60,005 nucleotides of DNA from Oscillospiraceae bacterium (GCA_015065065.1 SVQX01000006.1:1-60005), one strand, 5' to 3'. Positions 39,981 through 50,329 are shown, counted from the stretch's first letter. Numbers and translations are program-made. Notes: generated by a model not told the origin, from the letters alone.

Positions 39981-42527
39981 TCACAAACTGCTTGGGTTGA
40001 AATCTATGCTGAGGATGGGCTTGGCGATGCCTTTTTGGGAGGGGGCGAAGCGTATGAGCAGCTCGGAGAAGAGCGCGCGGCTACGCTTATTGAGTCGGCA
40101 TTTGATCACCATACGCATGCGGTAGCAGTTTTCCACACGGTAGACGGGTGCTTCAAAAGGTCCGAAGCTGACGAGAGGAACGTCACTGAACTCCTTTTCC
40201 GACAGGGAAACAAGCTCTTGCGCGAGGCGCACGGAGGCAAGGGACAGCTCCTTTTCGTCGGGCGAGGAGAGAGTGAGCAGAACGATATCGCAGAACGGAG
40301 GAAAAACGAGCAGGCGGCGGAGCTTTATATCGCGCTCATAGAACAGCTCGTAGTCCTGACGGCAGGCGAGCTTGATAACATCGGAATCGGGATTCATGGT
40401 CTGAATAAGAGCAAGCCCCTCCTTGTCGGCGCGTCCCGCACGTCCGATAACCTGCGTTAGCATTGAAAAGGTGCGCTCGGCGGCGCGGTAGTCGTCCAGA
40501 TACAGCGACATATCCGCCATCAGCACGCCGACGAGAGTAACGTCGGGGAAGTCGTGTCCCTTTGTCACCATTTGTGTGCCGAGCAGAACGTCGGCACGGT
40601 GGGCGCGAAAAGAGCCGAGCATTTCGTCGTATGAGAATTTGGACGAGGTAGTGTCAGCATCCATTCGGAGAATTTTTGCCGAGGGGAGGAGGGTGGCAAG
40701 CTCCTCCTCTATCCGTTGCGTGCCGTAGCCCATTCGCACAAGATGAGGGGAGGAGCAGGTCGGGCAGGCGTCGGGATACTTACGGCGGCTTCCGCACCAG
40801 TGGCATACCATATCTCCCGACGAGTACGTCCCGCGTCGGGTGTGATAGTTCATAGCCACCGAGCAATTCGGGCAGGTGACGGCGGCGCCGCAGCTGCGGC
40901 AAACGAGCTGGGTGCTGTAACCCCGTCGGTTAAGGAACAGCACGGATTGATTTTTGTTTTCGAAATTTTCCGTAAGCTGTTGCATAAGTGACTCGCTGAG
41001 AGGGGCGACCGAGCCCACTCCCGTGTCGCGCATGTCCTTTATCTCTACGCGCGGAAGGGTGGCGTTGCCGTAGCGATTTTTCAGCTTTATCAAGTGATAT
41101 TTTCCCTCCGCCGCCTTGTGGTAGCTTTCAAGAGAGGGAGTTGCAGAGGACAAAAGCAAAAGGGCAGAGCCGTGCGCGCAACGGAAGCGCGCAATATCAC
41201 GGGCGTGATATTTTGGGTTCATGTCCGACTTGTAGGTATGCTCCTGCTCCTCGTCAATAACTATAAGTCCGAGGTTCTGAACGGGGGCGAATACGGCAGA
41301 GCGCGTTCCTACCACTACCGTGGCAAGTCCCGTGCGTATTTTCATATACGCATCGTGCCGCTCGCCTGAGGAGAGTGCAGAGTGAAGCACGGCGACCTTC
41401 GCGCCGTATCTCTGCAAAAACTGTGCCGCCATCTGTGGAGTGAGCGAAATTTCGGGCAGAAGAACTATCGCGCCCTTGCCCGAGTCCAGCATCTTGTCAA
41501 TGACGGACAAAATAACGCAGGTCTTTCCGCTTCCCGTAACGCCGTGAAGCAGAGCGGCGGCAGGCTGTCCGCTGTCCGCGAGTGCCGAAAGCTGAGTATA
41601 AGCCTCCGCTTGCTCATCACTGAGCAGAATGGGCGCACGGGTTGGAAATTCGTCAGCAGGACTGTAAGGATCGCGCCATGCAACTCGTTGGGTGATATTC
41701 AAAATCCCTTTTGACACCAACGCTTTCAGCTGTACCTTTGTAGCTCCGCACAGAGATGTTACAGTCTCTGCGTCAAGCTCGCCCTCGCGGATAATGACAG
41801 ATAGAGCCGCCGTCTGTAGTGCGGACGTGAGCTTTATGGGAGCGGACCTGTTCCGCGCGACGATAAGCTCCGCGTCCTCCGCAGAGATCGCTAAGGAGTA
41901 GTAGTCCTTTGTGGGCGTGGAGGCGGCTTTTTGCAAATTCAGCTCCTTTGTCAAGAGCTTTTTTTGTATCAGCCTGTCCACTGCGGCATCAGCCACCCTG
42001 CCGAATCTGTTTTTGAGAGAGGGCTCTGACACCTCGTCGCGGGCTAAAATGTACTCGTATACCAAAAGCTCGGAGTGTGAAAGCTCCCCTTGCTTTTCCG
42101 CGGGGACTGCTCTGTAATACTCCACAAGCCGCGACAAAGCGGACGACGGAACGACAGTGCGTACCGCCTCGCCCATGGTGCAAAGCGTTTGCTCCTTTAA
42201 AAACAGGCAAAGCGAGAGCTGCTCCTCGGACAAAACCAGCTGTTCTGCGGAGTAATCCGAGCATACGCTGTCGATAGGCTTTATCTTGTCAGTGTCCATG
42301 CCGGCAGGCAGCGCGTCGGCATCAATTATGCCCGTAACGAGAGCTATCTGTTTACGGTTGCCGCGCCCGAATGGAACGGTAACGAAGCTGCCGCGCCGCA
42401 GGGCGTGACCTATCTGCTCCTCCATGGAATGGGGGATAAAATAGTCAAAGGAACGGTCTATGACGTACGGATTGTCAAGGATATACACGCGCGCGTATCT
42501 GCCTTTGAAAAATTCCGAATTTGTCAT
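39981..42527 (-). CDS. priA: Primosomal protein N'
   Basis: HGVTGSGKT, DEEQE, SATPSLES, LNRRGY, four CxxC pairs, GTQMVTKGHDFP, QVIGRAGR; ATG 42527. Confidence 0.96.
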   Translation of the reverse strand: MTNSEFFKGRYARVYILDNPYVIDRSFDYFIPHSMEEQIGHALRRGSFVTVPFGRGNRKQIALVTGIIDADALPAGMDTDKIKPIDSVCSDYSAEQLVLSEEQLSLCLFLKEQTLCTMGEAVRTVVPSSALSRLVEYYRAVPAEKQGELSHSELLVYEYILARDEVSEPSLKNRFGRVADAAVDRLIQKKLLTKELNLQKAASTPTKDYYSLAISAEDAELIVARNRSAPIKLTSALQTAALSVIIREGELDAETVTSLCGATKVQLKALVSKGILNITQRVAWRDPYSPADEFPTRAPILLSDEQAEAYTQLSALADSGQPAAALLHGVTGSGKTCVILSVIDKMLDSGKGAIVLLPEISLTPQMAAQFLQRYGAKVAVLHSALSSGERHDAYMKIRTGLATVVVGTRSAVFAPVQNLGLIVIDEEQEHTYKSDMNPKYHARDIARFRCAHGSALLLLSSATPSLESYHKAAEGKYHLIKLKNRYGNATLPRVEIKDMRDTGVGSVAPLSESLMQQLTENFENKNQSVLFLNRRGYSTQLVCRSCGAAVTCPNCSVAMNYHTRRGTYSSGDMVCHWCGSRRKYPDACPTCSSPHLVRMGYGTQRIEEELATLLPSAKILRMDADTTSSKFSYDEMLGSFRAHRADVLLGTQMVTKGHDFPDVTLVGVLMADMSLYLDDYRAAERTFSMLTQVIGRAGRADKEGLALIQTMNPDSDVIKLACRQDYELFYERDIKLRRLLVFPPFCDIVLLTLSSPDEKELSLASVRLAQELVSLSEKEFSDVPLVSFGPFEAPVYRVENCYRMRMVIKCRLNKRSRALFSELLIRFAPSQKGIAKPILSIDFNPSSL

Positions 42528-42564
42528 GATAGACCGTTCCTTTTGATGATATTGTGGTGGTGGA

Positions 42565-42936
42565 TCAATCCTCGTCCTCGTCGTCCTCACCGCGCAGGGT
42601 TTCGGCAATGCGGGCAAGCTCCGCTTCGCGGTCGATAGGCTCGACCTCGACGGGCTCCTCCTCCTCGACGGGCTCCTTGTGAACGATAGTGTATTCTCCG
42701 CTGTGAATGCGTCCGATAGCCAGCTTGACAGCCTTTTCGTCAATAACCTCGCGGTCGATAAGGGCGTGCAGGGGCTTGTCGGTTTCCTTGTTGCCCGTCA
42801 TGGAGCGCTCTGCTTCCTCTCGCTGCTCAACGTACTCACTGGTAATAATGCGAGCGCATTTTGCAGTAGCGAGAGCTATTTCGTAGCGGTTAAAATCTCC
42901 GTTTTTGGTAAGGTCGCTGATGGTGGGGTAAATCAT
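42565..42936 (-). CDS. rpoZ: RNA polymerase omega subunit with acidic C-terminal tail
   Basis: MIYPTISDL...NRYEIALATAKCAR...KAVKLAI; position between remA and priA. Confidence 0.8.
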   Translation of the reverse strand: MIYPTISDLTKNGDFNRYEIALATAKCARIITSEYVEQREEAERSMTGNKETDKPLHALIDREVIDEKAVKLAIGRIHSGEYTIVHKEPVEEEEPVEVEPIDREAELARIAETLRGEDDEDED

Positions 42937-42966
42937 AATTATCTCCTCGTTTGATGTGGTATTGTA

Positions 42967-43248
42967 TCAGTTTTCTGCGGAATCGTCCTCGTCGCCGTCG
43001 TCAAGTCCGACATCCTCGGTGTCAAGGCGATTTGCAATAGTTTCGGTCTGGAGTGCGGACAGGATAACGTGCTCGGAGTCTGTGATGATGACAGCGCGGG
43101 TTTTTCTGCCGCAGGTAACGTCGATGACGCGAGCGTCGTCCTTCGCGTCCTGGATAAGTCGCTTGATGGGGGCGGAGTCGGGGCTGACCAGCGTAACTAT
43201 GCGGTCAACGGCGACCATATTGCCGTATCCTATATTTATAAATTTCAT
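42967..43248 (-). CDS. remA: RemA / DUF370 family protein
   Basis: [39 protein letters not shown]. Confidence 0.92.
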   Translation of the reverse strand: MKFINIGYGNMVAVDRIVTLVSPDSAPIKRLIQDAKDDARVIDVTCGRKTRAVIITDSEHVILSALQTETIANRLDTEDVGLDDGDEDDSAEN

Positions 43249-43277
43249 ATTTCAGTCCTCGCTTTCACTGCCTTGGA

Positions 43278-44183
43278 TCATTCAATGTTCTGTATCTGCT
43301 CGCGGATCTTTTCAAGCTCGCTCTTGACATTTACAACAGTGTGAGCTATCTCTGCATCCACGCATTTTGAACCGATAGTGTTTATCTCGCGGTTGATTTC
43401 CTGAAGCAAGAAATCAATGCGACGTCCAACGGGCTGACTGTCAGCCAACAGCTCCTCAAATGCCACGAAGTGGGAGGACAGGCGAACCAGCTCCTCGTCG
43501 ATAGCCGCCTTGTCGGCGTATATCGCGCACTCGGTTAGTATTCGGGACTCGTCAAGCGTTATTCTGTTGTCGGCAATCGCATTTTTGAGTCGCTCCTCAA
43601 ATTTTTTGCGGTACGACGTGATGTTTTCCTCGGAATGCTCGGCAATAGATGCTGCCATTTTGCGGATGCCGTCAAGCTTTGCGCGAATGTCCTCGGCTAT
43701 TCTGTCGCCCTCGCGCTGACGCGCCTCGACAAACTGTTCCACTGCCTTGTTTATGACGGGGGCAACAGTAGCCCACTTGGCGTCCTCCTCTGCCTCGGAA
43801 AGGGAAGCGTCCGCCGCCACCGTGAGCATGACTCCCGGCATTTTCATAAGAGCGGATGCGGTAAGGTCGTTTTTAACACCAAGAGATTTGGACAGCAGCC
43901 TTGCCGCCTCGACGTAGCTTCTCGCGCATTCGACGTCAGCCTCGTACAGCGTGGTTGCATCCTCCGTTTTTTCTTTGGAGTAGGAGAGGGAAAGGTCTAT
44001 CTTTCCTCTTGAAACGCCGCCCGCAAGTATAGCCGCCTTGATCTTTTCCTCAAGAGCGGAGAATATCTTGGGCGTGCGGATATTGATATCTGCGTATCTA
44101 TTGTTGACGGAGCGAAGCTCAACGGTGATCTCCAAGCCCTCCGCCACGGCAGTAGCTCTGCCGAAAGCCGTCATGCTTTTCAA
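43278..44183 (-). CDS. yicC: YicC/YloC family endoribonuclease
   Basis: SMTAFGR, ELRSVNNRY, DEELVRLSSH, GRRIDFLLQEINREINTIGSK, EKIREQIQNIE. Confidence 0.93.
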   Translation of the reverse strand: MKSMTAFGRATAVAEGLEITVELRSVNNRYADINIRTPKIFSALEEKIKAAILAGGVSRGKIDLSLSYSKEKTEDATTLYEADVECARSYVEAARLLSKSLGVKNDLTASALMKMPGVMLTVAADASLSEAEEDAKWATVAPVINKAVEQFVEARQREGDRIAEDIRAKLDGIRKMAASIAEHSEENITSYRKKFEERLKNAIADNRITLDESRILTECAIYADKAAIDEELVRLSSHFVAFEELLADSQPVGRRIDFLLQEINREINTIGSKCVDAEIAHTVVNVKSELEKIREQIQNIE

Positions 44184-44302
44184 AAAGCCGACCTCCTTAT
44201 GTGACTCCGACGCTCCCGCGCCGAAATTATATATATTTATAACTATACATAGTTATTGTACTACATTCCGCCAATTTTGTCAACAGCAATCCGAAATTTT
44301 TA

Positions 44303-45625
44303 TCAATTCGTTTGGCTTTTGAGTGTGCGCACAGCCGCCACGACCTGACCGTACATATACAGCGAGCCGAGGCAAACGGTTGGCAGTCCGTTTTGCGTTG
44401 CCGCCTGAAGTGCCGCATCAAGCGAGGAATATGCCTTTGCGGGGACACCGTGAGCCTTGAATTCCTCGGCATACCTATTGGCATCCAGCGCGCGTGGATT
44501 GTCGGGGCGGACGGTAAACGCAGAGTGTGCTACCCTTGCCATACTGCTTATCATGTAGCCGTAGTCCTTGTCAGCCATAACTCCGCTGACGATATTGACC
44601 TTTTTATCTCCAAAGCAGGTCTTGATACTGCGCACCGCTGCATCAACTCCCTCGGGGTTGTGTCCGCCGTCGGAAATGATAAGCGGGTGTCGGGAGAGTA
44701 TCTCAAACCGCCCGCGCCAGATTACGCGCTCAAGTCCCGCGACCTCGGCGGAGTAGGGAATATTCAAGCCCGCCTCACGCAGAATATCGCAAGCGGCTAA
44801 AGCGGTAAACGCATTGTACGGCTGATACGAGCCGAGCAGGGAGAGATGATATTTTCTGCCGTCGAAGGACAAATCACAGCCGTCGAGGTCCTGCGTGTGG
44901 ATAACGGTGCGCCCGAGGTCTACCCCATAAAATGGCGCGTCCTGACGCTTTGCCTCCGACGATATGACGCGGCGGATGCTATCCGCACCTTCCTTGCCAA
45001 TACCGCCGTCAAAGCCCGCGTCAAAATCCCCGTGCTGTGTGCCGAGAAGCACGGGGATGCCGTGCTTGATGATCCCCGCCTTTTGCTCAGCGATTTTTTC
45101 AAGAGTATCGCCAAGGAACGCCGTGTGGTCCATGGCGATTCCCGTTATAATGGAAAGTACTGCTGTATCAATAATATTCGTGGAGTCAAGCGCGCCGCCC
45201 ATGCCCACCTCAAGCACGACGTAGTCGCACCTGTGCCGCGCAAAATAAACGAAGGCAATAGCAGTTATAAGCTCAAACTCTGTGGGCGTGTCTGCCATGG
45301 AGTCTGCAAAGGGACGGACATATTCGGTTATCTTGGCAAGCTCACCGTCGGTAATGTCCTCTCCGTTTATCCTCATGCGCTCGTTGAAGCGCAGGATGAA
45401 GGGGGAGGTGTAAAGACCGACCTTGTAGCCTGCGCACTTGAGTATCTCGGCGAGCATGGCAGAGGTAGAGCCCTTGCCGTTGGTGCCGGCGATATGAATA
45501 AATTTCAGCCCACTTTGCGGGTTGCCAAGCCGCCGCATAAGCTCGCGCGTGCGGTCCAGCCCCGGGCGACTGCCAAGCCACGTTACCGAGTGTATATATT
45601 CAAGGGCTTCACTGTACGTCATCAT
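44303..45625 (-). CDS. folC: Folylpolyglutamate synthase / dihydrofolate synthase
   Basis: HIAGTNGKGST, YTSPFI, EVGMGGALDSTN, DGGHNP, GSLY. Confidence 0.95.
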   Translation of the reverse strand: MMTYSEALEYIHSVTWLGSRPGLDRTRELMRRLGNPQSGLKFIHIAGTNGKGSTSAMLAEILKCAGYKVGLYTSPFILRFNERMRINGEDITDGELAKITEYVRPFADSMADTPTEFELITAIAFVYFARHRCDYVVLEVGMGGALDSTNIIDTAVLSIITGIAMDHTAFLGDTLEKIAEQKAGIIKHGIPVLLGTQHGDFDAGFDGGIGKEGADSIRRVISSEAKRQDAPFYGVDLGRTVIHTQDLDGCDLSFDGRKYHLSLLGSYQPYNAFTALAACDILREAGLNIPYSAEVAGLERVIWRGRFEILSRHPLIISDGGHNPEGVDAAVRSIKTCFGDKKVNIVSGVMADKDYGYMISSMARVAHSAFTVRPDNPRALDANRYAEEFKAHGVPAKAYSSLDAALQAATQNGLPTVCLGSLYMYGQVVAAVRTLKSQTN

Positions 45626-46196
45626 TTTTACTTTTCTCCCTTGGTGGAATTACCCTGTCCCTCTCGCGCATGAATACCCGACTGCTTGCAAGCACCGCCA
45701 TAAGTCCGCCCTCCGCGGTGGCAATGCAGATGTAAAGCGGGATGCGCACCCACAGCACCTCAATGGTGTGACCGTAATATACATACATACCAATGCTTTT
45801 TATTATCATGGAGCCAAGCACGTGAGCCGCCGCCGTCGCAACAAACGCTGCTGCCGTACGCCGTGCGCGAGTGCTTTGATTTCTAAAAATAAGCCATCCG
45901 ACGATTCCCGCGACAGCACCGACAGCCGCCGCGCCGCAGGTGATTATGGGATTGATGGCGTAGCCCACAAGAACGCATCCTATCAGGTCGGCGACAGCTC
46001 CGATAACCGCACCCACAATTGGTCCAAAGAAAAATCCTCCCACGATTATGGGCAGATTTTCAAAGCTGATGCGGATATATTGGTCCACGTTTATGGCAAG
46101 ATACTTGCCGAGAACTATACTGAGTGCGGCAAGATTTGCCGACAAAACAAGACCGTACAGACTGCCGAACAGCGCGTTTTTTCGCTTTTTTTGCAT
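45609..46196 (-). CDS. folT: ECF transporter S component, folate (FolT)
   Basis: IRISFENLPI, FGPIVGA, ADLIG; hydrophobic; THF riboswitch upstream, folC downstream; ATG 46196 after aaggagg. Confidence 0.88.
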   Translation of the reverse strand: MQKKRKNALFGSLYGLVLSANLAALSIVLGKYLAINVDQYIRISFENLPIIVGGFFFGPIVGAVIGAVADLIGCVLVGYAINPIITCGAAAVGAVAGIVGWLIFRNQSTRARRTAAAFVATAAAHVLGSMIIKSIGMYVYYGHTIEVLWVRIPLYICIATAEGGLMAVLASSRVFMRERDRVIPPREKSKNDDVQ

Positions 46197-46282
46197 AAAA
46201 AAACCTCCTTTTGCCTGCTCATAGGGCAGGAAAGGGAGGAGCGCACGGAAGCATCCGTGTGAAAATTCTCTTTTTGCCGTAT

Positions 46283-46382
46283 GAAGCGGGATGCAAAGCC
46301 CGAACCGCGGCGGCATATCCGCCTTCGTCCGATCGGCAACTCCCCGTCCTATCGGCACTTGACGCTCGTGCTTTTACTCTTC
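46283..46382 (-). ncRNA. THF riboswitch
   Basis: Minus strand reads gaagagtaa...gcgtcaagtgccg...ggacggggagttgcc...cggacgaag...gcggt...gcatcccgcttc, matching the THF aptamer consensus. Confidence 0.9.
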
Positions 46383-46421
46383 AAATCAAGCGGAAACATA
46401 TTTTTTCCCACTTATGCGAAT

Positions 46422-46508
46422 ATTATACTCCTACATGAAAAATTTGTCAATAGATTTCAGATATTTTTTGCCCTCCGCGCTTGACAATAATTTTAAAAGT
46501 TGTATAAT
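46422..46508. promoter_or_regulatory. Back-to-back divergent sigma-A promoters (folT on minus, MATE on plus)
   Basis: Minus: TTGACA 46450-46445, 17 bp, TATAAT 46427-46422. Plus: TTGACA 46481-46486, 16 bp, TATAAT 46503-46508. Confidence 0.8.
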
Positions 46509-46560
46509 AAGACTGTATGCTTTGCATAAAAACGATTTAGTGTCGATAGGGAGGCGTAAA

Positions 46561-47937
46561 ATGAACACTCAGGCGAAAACAACGCGCCTCGCGATCGATA
46601 TGACCGAAGGTCCGCTGCTTGGCAAAATGATAAAATTCACCATCCCCATTATGCTTACGGGCGTATTGCAGCTGCTTTTTAACGCTACTGACCTTGTTAT
46701 GGTGGGACGGTTCGCGGGAACTGCCGCGCTTGCGGGCGTTGGCTGCTGCTCCTCGCTTATCCACCTTATTGTTAACGCTTTTATGGGCTTGTCAACGGGT
46801 GCGGGCGTTCTGTCCTCGCAAGCGATCGGCGCAAAAAAGTATGATGACCTGCAAAAGATAATCAACACCACCTTTGTTACCTCCATTGTGGCGGGATTGC
46901 TCGTCGGAGCTTTCGGGTTCTTTGCCTCGGAGCCGTTGCTTGTGCTTATGGATACTCCCGCCGATGCCTTGTCAGAGGCGGTTCGGTATATGAAAGCGTA
47001 CTTTTTGGGAATTCCCGCGTGCTTGATATATAACTACCTGGCGGCTGTACTTCGCGCGTCCGGAGATACCCGTCGCCCTTTGATCTTTTTGACTGTGGCG
47101 GGTGTTGCCAACGTGGGCTTGAATTACATTATGGTGGCGCACATCCGGCTCGGTGCTATGGGAGTTGGAATTGCGACGGCGGTGTCGCAATTTATATCGG
47201 CTGCATTGATAGTAATACATTTTTTGAAAAAGCAGGGTGTGTGCCGTATCACGGGACTCCGTCCCTCGGTAAAATTTCTCGGAAAGATAGTTACGGTTGG
47301 ACTCCCTGCGGGGATTCAGGGAATGATGTTCTCGATTTCCAACGTGCTGATACAGTCTACCATTAACGGATACGGAACGGTGGTTATGGCAGGTAACACC
47401 GCGGCGCAAAACATAGACGGATTTCTAAATGTCGCCATGAACTCGGTACATCAGACTGCTCTGAATTTCACAGGACAAAACGTAGGTGCGGGCGAATATA
47501 AGCGCGTCAAGAAAATAGCTTGGCTGTCCATGCTAATCCTCTTGTGTATAACAAGTGTGCTTATCCCTCTCGTGCTTATTTTCGGAGAGCAGCTTTTAGG
47601 TATTTACGAGCCGGGAAAGCATGACGTTATTGCCGCGGGTATGAACAGATTGCTGGTTATTTGTCCTACCTACCTTCTGTGCGGCGCTATGGACGTTATG
47701 TGCGGACTCGTCCGCGGAACGGGTAAGACTATCCAGCCTATGATAGTTGCGCTTGTAGGAACTTGCGTTTTCAGAATAGTATGGATATATTTCGTTTGCC
47801 CGTTAGCTCCGACCAATATAACTCTGCTTTATATCAGTTATCCGATATCTTGGTCGATGACCGGAGCGGCACACCTCGTGACCTTCGCCGGTGCTTATAG
47901 AAGGCTTTCAAGAGGAAAGCACAAACAACTTATTTGA
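46561..47937 (+). CDS. MATE family efflux transporter
   Basis: DMTEGPL, LQLLFNATDLVMVG, LRASGDTRRPL, GQNVGAG; about 12 hydrophobic segments. Confidence 0.93.
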   Translation: MNTQAKTTRLAIDMTEGPLLGKMIKFTIPIMLTGVLQLLFNATDLVMVGRFAGTAALAGVGCCSSLIHLIVNAFMGLSTGAGVLSSQAIGAKKYDDLQKIINTTFVTSIVAGLLVGAFGFFASEPLLVLMDTPADALSEAVRYMKAYFLGIPACLIYNYLAAVLRASGDTRRPLIFLTVAGVANVGLNYIMVAHIRLGAMGVGIATAVSQFISAALIVIHFLKKQGVCRITGLRPSVKFLGKIVTVGLPAGIQGMMFSISNVLIQSTINGYGTVVMAGNTAAQNIDGFLNVAMNSVHQTALNFTGQNVGAGEYKRVKKIAWLSMLILLCITSVLIPLVLIFGEQLLGIYEPGKHDVIAAGMNRLLVICPTYLLCGAMDVMCGLVRGTGKTIQPMIVALVGTCVFRIVWIYFVCPLAPTNITLLYISYPISWSMTGAAHLVTFAGAYRRLSRGKHKQLI

Positions 47938-47950
47938 AAGGAGAGGCAAA

Positions 47951-48571
47951 ATGATGAACGCTATAGATCCTATGCAGCTGCTTGAGGTAAACAGACAAAG
48001 ATTTATCGACATATATAAGGGCAAGATAAAAAGAGAGGGAGCGGATAAGCTGCTGGCGTTTTTGACGTCAGAGAGCTGTGACTTTTTCACTGCCCCCGCG
48101 TCGACGAGATACCACGGAAACTTTGAGGGCGGACTGCTTCAGCACAGCCTTAACGTGTACGACTGCCTTTGCGATATTCTCGCCCGTCCGAGAATGAAGG
48201 ATGTGTACGGCATCAGCTATCCCGAGGAGAGCGTGGCTATTGCCGCGCTGATGCACGACCTGTGCAAGATAAATTTCTATAAGACCTCCTATCGCAACGT
48301 AAAGAATGCGGAGGGAAGGTGGGAGAGCGTTCCTTACTACACCATTGAGGATAGCCTGCCTTACGGGCATGGCGAGAAATCGGTGTATATACTGTCGGGA
48401 TATATGAAGCTCACCCGCGACGAAGCGTTTGCCATACGTTATCATATGGGCTTTTCGGGAACGGAGGATCCGGGTACGGTCGGAAAAGCGCTTGAAATGT
48501 TCCCACTCGCATACGCGCTGAGCGTGGCTGATATGGAAGCGGCGTATTTTATGGAAGGCAAAGTAAATTAA
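47951..48571 (+). CDS. HD-domain metal-dependent phosphohydrolase
   Basis: APASTRYH...GGLLQHS, LMHDLCK, GHGEKS, RYHMG. Confidence 0.85.
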   Translation: MMNAIDPMQLLEVNRQRFIDIYKGKIKREGADKLLAFLTSESCDFFTAPASTRYHGNFEGGLLQHSLNVYDCLCDILARPRMKDVYGISYPEESVAIAALMHDLCKINFYKTSYRNVKNAEGRWESVPYYTIEDSLPYGHGEKSVYILSGYMKLTRDEAFAIRYHMGFSGTEDPGTVGKALEMFPLAYALSVADMEAAYFMEGKVN

Positions 48572-48618
48572 AATAAGAACAGGCTTTTCGCAACATGCGA
48601 AAAGCCTGTTCTTATTTT
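48571..48618. terminator. Bidirectional terminator between convergent genes
   Basis: aaataagaacaggcttttcgca-aca-tgcgaaaagcctgttcttattt. Confidence 0.9.
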
Positions 48619-48619
48619 A

Positions 48620-50308
48620 TCATTCCGTAACCTTCGGGCAATACAGCATCTCGTCGGCAACGTATGTACCGTCGCTCTTATAGACCTCGGTGCATTCTCG
48701 GTCGGTGTAGAGGACCTTATAGCCGTCACCTAAGCGGAGTGCGATAGGATCGCCCTGCCGTGCGGTAGCCGAAACGGTGCGCTCGTCCTTAGTGTTGGGG
48801 TCAAGTATTACGGTGACGGTGCGCATTTCGTGCGATGCGTCGGTAACGTACCCGAACATTTCCTCCGCCTCTGTCATATCGGTGGAGTTATAGGTGACGG
48901 TCATTCGGTAAAGTCCCGCTTCCTTTCTGTTTTCCTTGACGCCTAAATATTTAACGGCGACAATGGAAAGCGTGGTTTTGCTGACCGTATATTCAGCCTT
49001 GACGTATTGGTACTGTCCCTCCTCGCCGTACAGCGCCAGAATCTCTGCCGTGCGTTGAGCCGACGGGCGGGCGGTGATATAGAAATAATAGTTGTTTTCA
49101 TCTATCTCAAGCACGGTGTCGTCTGCCATGCCCTCCGCAACGAGTGGAGCTGCGAATTTTTCCGTAACGGTAGACTCCACGTCTGCCGACTCGCGTACGG
49201 TCGCAACGTATCGGTCGCCGTCCTTTTCGTAGGTGCGTCCGCTTGAAAGATATATCTCGGGCACGGTGCCGTTATCCGAATACATATAATCATGGGTTAT
49301 ATGCAGGGCTTCGATGAGCGTGCCGTCGCCATTGAATTTTTTGACTGAATAATTTTCAAATATTTCAAGTAGGCTCTCCGTATTGCTTGACGCCATAACA
49401 TCGGCAAGCTTTATTTCCGCGGAGTCGACGTCGATAGCTCGGCAATAAAGCGTTTCGTCGTTGGAGTAAGCTCCGTCGCTGCGGTAGGGGACGGTGCATT
49501 CACGGTTGGAATATACTGCCTTGTAATTATCTCCGAGCCGCAGAGCGATAGGATCTCCGCGCCGCGCAACACAGCTTACCGTCCGCTCGTTTTTGGTGTC
49601 GGGGTCAAGCACTACTGTAACGGTGCGCATCTCATAGGAGGTGTCGGTGGCGTGGGCGTACATGTTTTTCGCATCCCAGATACCCTTGGCGTCGTAGGAA
49701 ATACGGGCGTTTGCAAGCAGAGCTTCTCCACCGTCGTTACGTACACAGTAATAGGTGAGATCGGTCACGGTCAGCGTGTCGCGGTTGATAACGTACACGG
49801 CTTTGAGGTAAGCATAGGCTTTCTTTGTGTCAAAGGATTCGGCAATTTTTGTCGAGCGGTTGGCGGAAAGCCTGGTCGTGACGTTCAAAAGGTAGTCGTC
49901 CTGCGTAACGGATATTACCTCCTCGTCTACCGCGCCGCTGTCGATAACGGGGACCTTGAAGTATTCGTTGGATACATAAGCCTCTACCTCCTCGGGAAAA
50001 CGCACCGTGGCGACGTAGGTGTCATCCGACTTTTCGTAGGTGCGCTCACCTGCGTACAGCTCGGGCGTTACTCCGTCGTCGCAGTAAATATAGTCATCGG
50101 AGATAAGCACCTTTTCGGGCATGCCGTCCCGCTTGGTACTCCATTGAACGTAGTAGTTGTCAAAGGATTCAAGCACCGCTTCGGTGTTGTTTGCCGCAGC
50201 CACACGGCTCATGTCCACCGTGGGCTCGCTTTTGTTGCAGCCGAATAGGGAAATGCACAGGGAAGCGAAGCAAAGCATAGCCGCGGCTCGTATAATTTTT
50301 CTTTTCAT
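48620..50308 (-). CDS. Predicted lipoprotein built of two tandem ~265-aa repeats
   Basis: MKRKIIR-hydrophobic-LFGC lipobox; EMRTVTVxLDPxTKxERTVS...GDPIALRLGD...RECT...LYC occurs twice. Confidence 0.8.
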   Translation of the reverse strand: MKRKIIRAAAMLCFASLCISLFGCNKSEPTVDMSRVAAANNTEAVLESFDNYYVQWSTKRDGMPEKVLISDDYIYCDDGVTPELYAGERTYEKSDDTYVATVRFPEEVEAYVSNEYFKVPVIDSGAVDEEVISVTQDDYLLNVTTRLSANRSTKIAESFDTKKAYAYLKAVYVINRDTLTVTDLTYYCVRNDGGEALLANARISYDAKGIWDAKNMYAHATDTSYEMRTVTVVLDPDTKNERTVSCVARRGDPIALRLGDNYKAVYSNRECTVPYRSDGAYSNDETLYCRAIDVDSAEIKLADVMASSNTESLLEIFENYSVKKFNGDGTLIEALHITHDYMYSDNGTVPEIYLSSGRTYEKDGDRYVATVRESADVESTVTEKFAAPLVAEGMADDTVLEIDENNYYFYITARPSAQRTAEILALYGEEGQYQYVKAEYTVSKTTLSIVAVKYLGVKENRKEAGLYRMTVTYNSTDMTEAEEMFGYVTDASHEMRTVTVILDPNTKDERTVSATARQGDPIALRLGDGYKVLYTDRECTEVYKSDGTYVADEMLYCPKVTE

Positions 50309-50329
50309 GTTTTTCTCCAATAAAGTCGA

